This document shows, piece by piece, positions 1-6,207 of a stretch of 58,670 nt of DNA; the first letter of the stretch is position 1; every line of letters begins with the position of its first letter. The notes beneath the pieces were generated by a model. The model ran no database searches and was not told where the DNA came from. It worked only from the letters and a program-made list of their open reading frames with translations. The stretch comes from a virus. The DNA lies in the IMG/VR virus record IMGVR_UViG_3300003320_000379, positions 1 to 58,670 of that record; one strand, 5' to 3'. Both the position numbers and the translations under genes were made by a program.

Positions 1-24
1 CCGCCGGTGGCGCGGATCGCGGCC
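1..24. repeat. 24-nt terminal duplication (circular-closure overlap)
   Basis: nt 1-24 (ccgccggtggcgcggatcgcggcc) are identical to nt 58647-58670; the capsid ORF stays in frame across the junction. Confidence 0.95.
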
Positions 25-617
25 CACTTCTCCGACAGCGCCGTGGCCAGGCCCTTGCGGTCCAGCTCCACACCCGCGTTGAAGTTCGGGATGCCGCCCA
101 GGGCGACCGCGCGGCCGGTGACGGCCAGCGCCGTCTTGGCCGGGGCCGCGTCCTTGCGCTGCTTGCCGATGGCGCCCAGCTTGGCGCTGGCGGTCACGCC
201 CTCGCCGCCCTCCGGGTTGTCCCCCTCCGGCTCGCCACCCTCGGGGGTGTCACCCTCGGTCGGGACGGGCGCGGGTGCGCTGGCCGGGTTCGGGTCGCCG
301 GACGGCTTGGTGGCGGGGGTGCCCTCCGGGGCGCTCGCCGGGGTGGCCGGGTCCGGAACGGCGCCTGCCGGGTCCGTGGCGGGCTCGTCCGCGAACGCGG
401 AGCGCGCGGCGTCGGCCTTGCTCGCCAGGTCGGCGCGGCGGGAAAGCTCGCCCTGCACGGCGTCCTTGGCCGACTTCAGGGCCTGCAGCTTGTCCAGGTT
501 CTCCTGGGTGTTCTCCGCCGGGACGGCGCGCCCCTGCCGGTTGATCTCCCCGAGCGCCGCCGACAGCTCTTCCGCCGTCGCGTCGCCCAGGCGCTTGATC
601 AGCTCCGCGAAATCCAT
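1..617 (-). CDS. major capsid protein, N-terminal ~205 codons (scaffold/delta-like domain); ORF continues across the junction into 57482..58670
   Basis: ATG 617-615 follows a GAGAGG RBS. The frame is open to nt 1 and in phase with 58670..57482 (...EKWAAIRATGG|SGREYVARIQ...). It starts MDFAELIKRLGDATAEELSAALGEI (helical), followed by a Pro/Glu/Gly-rich linker. Not in the ORF track because it is cut by the window edge. Confidence 0.8.
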   Translation of the reverse strand, partial: MDFAELIKRLGDATAEELSAALGEINRQGRAVPAENTQENLDKLQALKSAKDAVQGELSRRADLASKADAARSAFADEPATDPAGAVPDPATPASAPEGTPATKPSGDPNPASAPAPVPTEGDTPEGGEPEGDNPEGGEGVTASAKLGAIGKQRKDAAPAKTALAVTGRAVALGGIPNFNAGVELDRKGLATALSEKWAAIRATG

Positions 618-711
618 CGTGGGCTACCTCTCGTCTCGTCATGGTCTTGCCAGGGCGATTGGCCGACGCTAGGCGCTGGCGAAGCGCTCCGGGTTAGACC
701 GCAGAGACGCC

Positions 712-762
712 GATGAGCCCTTACGGAGAGCAGGCTAGCGCCGCTCCGGGCAAGGGCTCATC
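712..762 (-). promoter_or_regulatory. long hairpin in the 170-nt untranslated region upstream of the capsid gene
   Basis: 11-bp arms gatgagccctt / aagggctcatc (712-722, 752-762) inside the largest intergenic gap of the head module (618-787). Confidence 0.3.
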
Positions 763-787
763 GATACGCGGGGGGTATCCCCGTGAT

Positions 788-1327
788 TCAGTTCAGGGAG
801 GGGTGGCCACCTCCGGCCGCGCGCTCCGCCAGCAGGTGGTGCAGGCGCTGCAGGATGCCGAAGAACAGGTACCGCAGCGCGTCCTCCCCGGTGATCGGCT
901 GGCCGCCGACGGGGTCCAGGTCCTTGGCGCCGCGCACGGTCGCCTTGCACACGTTCGCGATAGCCTGGGCGTCGCCGCGCACGGCCGCCTCCAAGATCAC
1001 GGCTTCGCTCTCGTGGTTGACCACGCACTCCGGGGAGCTGCAGCGCGCGGGCTCCACGGGGACTTCCAGCTCCTCTTCGTCGCCCAGCAGGTGCTGCACA
1101 TAGGTGGCCAGCTCGAAGTGGGCGGCGTAGAGCGCGGTCATACGGTCGCCGTCGGTGTACATCGGGGTGTGCGTCAGCACGGTGCTGGTGTAGGCGAAGG
1201 TCACCTCCGGCGCGTGCCGCTGGGTGACGAGCGCCAGCCGGACCACCGACCAGATGAAGCTGCGGAACGCCTCCAGCTTCTCCGGCGGCTCCGGCGCGAT
1301 GTAGGGGTTAACCGGCAATTCGGGCAC
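788..1327 (-). CDS. hypothetical protein (179 aa)
   Basis: Track ORF; GTG start overlaps 1308..1511 by 20 nt; GC3-rich and co-oriented; no motif recognised. Confidence 0.6.
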   Translation of the reverse strand: MPELPVNPYIAPEPPEKLEAFRSFIWSVVRLALVTQRHAPEVTFAYTSTVLTHTPMYTDGDRMTALYAAHFELATYVQHLLGDEEELEVPVEPARCSSPECVVNHESEAVILEAAVRGDAQAIANVCKATVRGAKDLDPVGGQPITGEDALRYLFFGILQRLHHLLAERAAGGGHPSLN

Positions 1328-1511
1328 GGGTTCGTCCCGCCTCTCGTATCAGCCGCTCCAGGGCGGCGGCGTAGGTGGGCGCCGCGCCGCGCAGGATACC
1401 CAGCACGTGCGCCCGGTGAGTCAGGTCCGGCAGCGAGGCGTCCAGTGCCTCCGCCGCCTGCAGCGCCAGCTGGGCCAGTCGCTCAGCTTCGCCGGGTCCC
1501 AGCTGCGCCAT
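1308..1511 (-). CDS. hypothetical protein (67 aa)
   Basis: ATG 1511 preceded by AAGGGAG RBS; follows hairpin 1534-1564. Confidence 0.6.
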   Translation of the reverse strand: MAQLGPGEAERLAQLALQAAEALDASLPDLTHRAHVLGILRGAAPTYAAALERLIREAGRTRARIAG

Positions 1512-1533
1512 GATGTACTCCCTTCAGCAGGAA

Positions 1534-1564
1534 GGCCCGGCCCCGGGGGAAGCGGGGCCGGGCC
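1534..1564 (-). terminator. GC-rich hairpin (12-bp stem), no U tract
   Basis: ggcccggccccg / cggggccgggcc with a 7-nt loop, directly after the stop at 1572. Confidence 0.45.
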
Positions 1565-1571
1565 GGGTCGG

Positions 1572-1850
1572 TCAGCCGACCTGCGGGTCGCCGTAGGCGG
1601 GGCGTCCACCGGCCGTCATCAGGCTTTCCGCCAGGTAGGTCCCCATCGGGTCCCAGCCGCCCTCCGCATACCGCAGCCAGCCGTTTTCCGCCGCGATCTC
1701 CGCCGCGTAGTCCGGCTCCTGCGACTCCCACGCGCCGTAGTAGTCCTCGCACACCTCCAGCTCCGTGACCGACTGGTGTCCGGCGAATTCGCCGGTCTCC
1801 AGCAGCACGGCGCAGCGGTCGTGGGTGAGGTGAGGCATGGTCTCCAGCAT
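1572..1850 (-). CDS. hypothetical acidic protein (92 aa)
   Basis: ATG 1850 preceded by the conserved leader ...GGGACAACCGCAAGGGAGAACCGCC; 39 nt downstream of module 1890-1918. Confidence 0.7.
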   Translation of the reverse strand: MLETMPHLTHDRCAVLLETGEFAGHQSVTELEVCEDYYGAWESQEPDYAAEIAAENGWLRYAEGGWDPMGTYLAESLMTAGGRPAYGDPQVG

Positions 1851-1889
1851 GGCGGTTCTCCCTTGCGGTTGTCCCTTTCGGTAGAACCG

Positions 1890-1918
1890 ACTTTACCCCC
1901 CACTGGGGGGCGTGTCAA
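1890..1918 (-). promoter_or_regulatory. promoter-like module copy (C6-N3-G6 palindrome in spacer)
   Basis: minus strand TTGACACGCCCCCCAGTGGGGGGTAAAGT; 17-nt spacer; 39-nt leader to ATG 1850. Confidence 0.65.
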
Positions 1919-2261
1919 CACCCGGCATCAGCCGTTCATACGTCTTCCGCATGTGCTTCACCACGCGCGGATCGTCCACGAATAGCCGGTGCCGGTTTGC
2001 CCAGGCCAGACCGTTGGCGCACGTCTTGCACGCGGCCGCCTTGTCGCCGTTGTGCACCACGTTGTCGTCCAGCACGACGTGGCCACGGCGGCACACCGGG
2101 CGGCCCTGGGCGTCGGTCGCCCGCTTCTTGCCGCGCACCGCCAGCACGGGCCGGGTTCGACCGGCCAGCCGCTCCAGCTCCCGAGCGGCGCCGTAGTTGC
2201 CCTCCGCCGCTTCGTCGGCGGCCATCTGCGCGGCCAGCTGGCGCATCTCGCGCGTGATCAT
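1893..2261 (-). CDS. His-Me finger / zinc-binding-loop endonuclease-like protein (122 aa)
   Basis: ATGA overlap with 2258..2614. VCRRGHVVLDDNVVHNGDKAAACKTCANG resembles the zinc-binding loop of homing endonucleases. The C-terminal VDTPPSGG* is encoded by the promoter module, and its TAA lies in the -10. Confidence 0.55.
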   Translation of the reverse strand: MITREMRQLAAQMAADEAAEGNYGAARELERLAGRTRPVLAVRGKKRATDAQGRPVCRRGHVVLDDNVVHNGDKAAACKTCANGLAWANRHRLFVDDPRVVKHMRKTYERLMPGVDTPPSGG

Positions 2262-2614
2262 CGGCGACCCCCGCGCGTCCGCCGCGTGGCCGCCCCGTGC
2301 TCGCCCTTGCGGTGCCACTTGTCCGCGTCCGGGCAGTGCAGGGCGTGGTGGCTGTACAGCCGGACCCCGGCCGCGCGCATTCCGGCTGCCTGCCCGGACG
2401 TCGGCTGGGCCGCCTTCAGCACCTTGTCCGGCGGCTTCATGCCGCGCAGGTAGGGCGGCTGGTGCACGGTGAGCGCCCAGTTACCCTGTTCGTGGACGGC
2501 TTCGGGATCAACATCAAACGGGATGCGCTCGTTGCCGGGGCCGTCCGCCCACACCACCTGGGCCTGGCAATACCGGCAGAGGTTCAGGAACGGGTCCAGC
2601 TTCGCCTCAATCAT
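2258..2614 (-). CDS. hypothetical Cys/His-rich protein (118 aa)
   Basis: ATGA overlap with 2611..2790; MIEAKLDPFLNLCRYCQAQVVW...HHALHCPD. Confidence 0.65.
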   Translation of the reverse strand: MIEAKLDPFLNLCRYCQAQVVWADGPGNERIPFDVDPEAVHEQGNWALTVHQPPYLRGMKPPDKVLKAAQPTSGQAAGMRAAGVRLYSHHALHCPDADKWHRKGEHGAATRRTRGGRR

Positions 2615-2790
2615 CGCGCCACCCCGCAATCCATCTTGTGGCCCCAGCCGCGACGGCGGCCGCAGCCGGGGCAGTTGCCCAGGCCGTGACGGTAGGCGAA
2701 CATCCGGGCGCCCTCGCGCAGCTGCACCCAGCGGTAGACGGCCGTGGCGAACCACATCTCCCGGCGGCTGATCTCTCCCGCGCGCGGCAT
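2611..2790 (-). CDS. hypothetical small protein (59 aa)
   Basis: ATG 2790 shares 1 nt with the upstream TGA; MPRAGEISRREMW...NCPGCGRRRGWGHKMDC. Confidence 0.55.
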   Translation of the reverse strand: MPRAGEISRREMWFATAVYRWVQLREGARMFAYRHGLGNCPGCGRRRGWGHKMDCGVAR

Positions 2791-3254
2791 CAGTACGCCA
2801 CCGCCGTGGGCGTGCGCAGGAAGGTGTCCAGCGTGTCCAGGTGGGAGTCCCGCAGGATGTTCAGCGTGCACAGGGCGGGGAGCACGCCCAGCGCCGCCGT
2901 GAGGAACTGCCGGGGGTCGTCGGTACCGACGAACGGCGCGTCGGTCTGGTACCGGATGCCGTTCGGGTCCTCGGTGGTGCGCGCCCGGTCCTCGTCGGAC
3001 AGGGCCGTCAGGATCACCTGGGGCTCCGTCGTCCGGATCACCGGCGACTGGCCGGACGCGGCCAGCCCGAAGACGCCCGGGGCGTAGGCGAGCACGGCAC
3101 GCGGCATCCGCTCCAGCAGGTTGAAGGCGGCGGGCCGGTCGTCGGCGAAGTGGACGCGGCCGGGCCAGCGTGGCTCCAGCCGGTCGTGGAAGGCGATGGC
3201 GAGGCGCGCCGGGCACTGCGGCCCGGACGCTCCCATCACGATCAGGTCCAGCAT
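2790..3254 (-). CDS. hypothetical protein (154 aa)
   Basis: Track ORF; ATG 3254 after the leader ...GGGAACGACCACCGAGAGGAGAACCCGAAC; 39 nt from module 3294-3322. Confidence 0.7.
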   Translation of the reverse strand: MLDLIVMGASGPQCPARLAIAFHDRLEPRWPGRVHFADDRPAAFNLLERMPRAVLAYAPGVFGLAASGQSPVIRTTEPQVILTALSDEDRARTTEDPNGIRYQTDAPFVGTDDPRQFLTAALGVLPALCTLNILRDSHLDTLDTFLRTPTAVAY

Positions 3255-3293
3255 GTTCGGGTTCTCCTCTCGGTGGTCGTTCCCGAGAGGCAG

Positions 3294-3322
3294 ACTTTAC
3301 CCCCCGATGGGGGGTGTGTCAA
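3294..3322 (-). promoter_or_regulatory. promoter-like module copy
   Basis: minus strand TTGACACACCCCCCATCGGGGGGTAAAGT; 17-nt spacer; 39-nt leader to ATG 3254. Confidence 0.65.
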
Positions 3323-3842
3323 CTACGGTAGGCTGCAGCGGCCGGGCGCGGCGCGTTCTCCCCAGCTCCGCGCCGCGCCCGGTCCTTCGGTGGCGCTCGA
3401 TGTAGAACGCGGCGTCGCGCAGGCGGCGCGGGCTGTCCCCCGACATACCCAGCATGATGTTGCAGGACGGGCAGAGCAGGTCACGCACGGCGCCGCTGTC
3501 GTGGTCGTGGTCCACGAAGATCTTCACCAAGGGCTCCGGGCAGATCCCGCATCGGCCCTCCTGCCTCTTGATCATCTCGTCCAGCTGGGCCCGGTCGATG
3601 CCGTACCGGCGCCGGATGTGCCGGTTGCTCATCCGGTCGCGCTGGCGCTCCTGCGGTAGCAGGCGCTCCCGGTTGTCCCGGCGGTACTGCGCACGCGCGG
3701 CGTTGCGGCACGGTCGGCAGACGGACGCCCGCCCGTTCTTGCCCTTGGCGCGCGGCGGAAAGTCCTCCCAGGGCAGCAGCTGGCCGCAGGCGCCCATGCA
3801 CCTGCGGCCAGTCTCGCTCCACGTCTCCAGGTAAGCTGTCAT
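3297..3842 (-). CDS. endonuclease VII-family (HNH-type) nuclease (181 aa)
   Basis: CGICPEPLVKIFVDHDHDSGAVRDLLCPSCNIMLG matches the T4 endo VII-type motif (C-x2-C...DHDH...C-x2-CN). The C-terminal VDTPPIGG* is encoded by module 3294-3322. Confidence 0.75.
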   Translation of the reverse strand: MTAYLETWSETGRRCMGACGQLLPWEDFPPRAKGKNGRASVCRPCRNAARAQYRRDNRERLLPQERQRDRMSNRHIRRRYGIDRAQLDEMIKRQEGRCGICPEPLVKIFVDHDHDSGAVRDLLCPSCNIMLGMSGDSPRRLRDAAFYIERHRRTGRGAELGRTRRARPLQPTVVDTPPIGG

Positions 3843-3864
3843 ACACTTACCTTACACACACTTC

Positions 3865-6207
3865 TCAGCTGGCCGCCTTCTTCTTCTCCCAGTCGGCGAC
3901 GGCGGCGCAGGCTTCCGCGCGCGATCCCGCGTTGATGTGCTGCTTTCCGGGCCAAGAAACGTCGCCCGTGCTGCACATCTTCTTGGCTGCGTTGACAGCA
4001 GTCGCGATGGCGCGGGACTGGTCCATTCCCTTCTCCTGCAGGTGCTTCGCGATCCGCTTGATGTACTTCGGCAGTCCGCCCGCCTTTTCCACCCAGTTCT
4101 TCTTTTTGAATTCGGCCAGATCTTCGTCCGAAACGGAGAACTCGAATTCCCATTCCAGCAATTCCCGGGCGTCGTCCAGGAAGGTACTCCGCAGGTCGTT
4201 CGCGAAGTCGGCGCGCAGCTCCGCCAGGGCCAGCTCCCGCTGCCCGCGCGCGTCCAGCTCCGCCAGCACGGCAGCCGCCACCTCCTCCACGGTGATCTCT
4301 GGGGTCGTCTTGGACTCGTCCCGGCCGACGACTCCGGCCGCCACGAGCGCCACCGGCACGCCGGACGCAACCCGGGCGCGCGGGATCGGGAAGCCACCGG
4401 AGTTGACCGCCAGCGCGGCCACCAGCTCCAGCCCGCCGTCCATCGGCCGCCAGTCGCCCGACAGCGGCGAGGCGCGCAGTGCCTCCACCTGCTCCGGGGT
4501 GGCCGTCCGCCGGACCACGCCGTGCACCCAGATACCGAACGCGTCCTCCCCGGCGGTCACGTCGGCCACCACGGTGTTGACGTTGTCGTAGAACGCGGCC
4601 GCCTCGCTGGCCGACAGCTTCAGCCCGGCGTGGCCGCCCTCGCCCATCGTGATGTGCCCGGCCGCGACCACCTTCACCTCTCCGGCGTCGTGCGTCCGGA
4701 CGGCGCCCACGTTGAAGTAGCCGTAATCGTGGCGGCTACGCGGCGGCGTGACGCACTGCCCGGCGAACCCGGTGTGGCAGGTGCCCCACCCGGCCAGGTG
4801 CCCGTACACCTCGACGTAGCCGGGGATGCTGGAATCGTCCAGCGTGAGCGGCGTCAGCTCCGCCAGCACCGGGTCCGCGAACGCGTGCGCGGGCGGCAGC
4901 ATGGACTTGACGGTGCCGGACGCGGTCACCGGCGCCTTCAGCGTCTCGAACCCGTTCGGGATACCGGCGGCACACAGGAAGCAGTCGTCCCCCAGCTCCG
5001 CCGCCAGCCACGCCGGGCTGGCCGCCGCCGTGATCGTCTCCTCGTTCGGGATGGCCTCTTCGCCGTCGATCACCACGTAAGCCTGCGCGAACGCGGGGAT
5101 CGGGACCAGGGTGGTGGCCGCGATCTTGCCGCTGGTCATACGGATCTGCTGCGGCCCCTGGGTGCCGTCGTCCTCCGCCGCGTCGCCCCAGACGAACTCC
5201 GCCTCCACATCGGACAGATCGGCTGAATTGCCTGTGAGGTAACGCTTTTTGGCCAGCTTGGCGCCGTTGGACTCCGGGTCCACGAAGCCCTTGCCGCCCC
5301 AGACGAACGTCCCTTCGGGGAACGGCTGCCCGGTTTCCTTGTCGATCAGGATTTCCCCGGTGCGCGGGTCGATCGTCTCGGGGCCGTGGGTGCGCGTCAG
5401 GACGTCCAGGCGGCCGATCACTTCGGCGCCCGCGTGGCCGTCGCCACCCTCGGGGTTGGCGGTCTGGGCGAGGATGGGCAGCGGCAGCGCGCGGTGGGTG
5501 AGCGCGCCGGGCTCGATGAACCGCCGGTCGCTGGTCTCCATTCCTTCCAGGATGATCACGGGGAATGTCACCGGGATGCCGTTGGACTCATCCAGCTTCG
5601 GCACCGGCGCCGTCTCCGCCGGGCTGGTCTCCGCCGGGGCCGTCGCCGTGGCGAACGCCTTCACGTCCTGCTGCGGGCCGCCCGGTGCCGGGCCACCGTA
5701 GCCGGGCGTCAGCTCGAAATCGTGGTTCTCGCCGCCCAGGGCGAGGCGCACACGGTTGAACGTGACCGGGCCGGTGTAGCTCAGCGCGTCCGGCTTGATC
5801 CCGTACCCGGCCGTCACGTGCGGCAGGAACCCGGGGTGCTGCTCCGGCATGTCCGCGCCCAGGTGTTCCTTCGCGCCCATCAGTGCGAAGTCCCGGATCT
5901 CGTCCAGCGCCGGGTGCGGCTGCAGCTGGTAGACCGCGCACGACTCCATGTCACCGTCCGGGCCGCCGTCCGGGTTCCACAGCGCGTGACCCATGATCCG
6001 GGCCTGCACCGGCGGGGTGGCCTGCGCGAACTGCTGCACGTGCTGCTTCAGCGCCGACCGCGTGGCGTCGGAGAGGTTCGAGACGTCGTCCCCGAGGTAG
6101 GCCAGCGTGACGTGCAGCTGGTCCTCCGGGTCACCGCCCGGCACGGCGAGCGCCGCCGGGTCCTCCGGAATGAGGGCGATCATGCCGCCCGTGTGCTGGT
6201 CGGCCAT
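3865..6207 (-). CDS. capsid maturation protease with an N-terminal 2H-phosphoesterase (LigT-like) domain (780 aa)
   Basis: aa 1-170 carry two H-x-T motifs (LHVTLAYLG, LPHVTAGYG). The middle has prohead-protease-like segments (VTFPVIILEGMETSDRRFIEPGAL...HAGAEVIGRL; YGHLAGWGTCHTGFAGQCVTPPRS). The C-terminal KKNWVEKAGGLPKYIKRIAKHL tail is typical of actinophage proteases. It lies directly after the portal gene. Confidence 0.75.
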   Translation of the reverse strand: MADQHTGGMIALIPEDPAALAVPGGDPEDQLHVTLAYLGDDVSNLSDATRSALKQHVQQFAQATPPVQARIMGHALWNPDGGPDGDMESCAVYQLQPHPALDEIRDFALMGAKEHLGADMPEQHPGFLPHVTAGYGIKPDALSYTGPVTFNRVRLALGGENHDFELTPGYGGPAPGGPQQDVKAFATATAPAETSPAETAPVPKLDESNGIPVTFPVIILEGMETSDRRFIEPGALTHRALPLPILAQTANPEGGDGHAGAEVIGRLDVLTRTHGPETIDPRTGEILIDKETGQPFPEGTFVWGGKGFVDPESNGAKLAKKRYLTGNSADLSDVEAEFVWGDAAEDDGTQGPQQIRMTSGKIAATTLVPIPAFAQAYVVIDGEEAIPNEETITAAASPAWLAAELGDDCFLCAAGIPNGFETLKAPVTASGTVKSMLPPAHAFADPVLAELTPLTLDDSSIPGYVEVYGHLAGWGTCHTGFAGQCVTPPRSRHDYGYFNVGAVRTHDAGEVKVVAAGHITMGEGGHAGLKLSASEAAAFYDNVNTVVADVTAGEDAFGIWVHGVVRRTATPEQVEALRASPLSGDWRPMDGGLELVAALAVNSGGFPIPRARVASGVPVALVAAGVVGRDESKTTPEITVEEVAAAVLAELDARGQRELALAELRADFANDLRSTFLDDARELLEWEFEFSVSDEDLAEFKKKNWVEKAGGLPKYIKRIAKHLQEKGMDQSRAIATAVNAAKKMCSTGDVSWPGKQHINAGSRAEACAAVADWEKKKAAS

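Noticed and set aside
1-24. The 24-nt identical ends read as a biological direct terminal repeat
   Set aside because: The repeat is too short for known DTRs, and it lies in the middle of the major capsid ORF, which reads through it in frame. This is typical of an assembler's circular-closure overlap.
7-672. 221-aa plus-strand ORF and 130-aa minus-strand ORF (250..642) at the window start
   Set aside because: The third minus-strand frame, absent from the track because it runs off the window edge, encodes a sensible coiled-coil and linker sequence. It has an RBS and ATG at 617 and joins in frame with the capsid ORF at the other end of the window. The listed ORFs are out-of-frame shadows.
1896-1910. 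G-quadruplex formation by the G6 runs of the module
   Set aside because: Each copy has a single G run paired with a C run 3 nt away. Four closely spaced G tracts are never present, so a hairpin or cruciform is the only plausible local structure.
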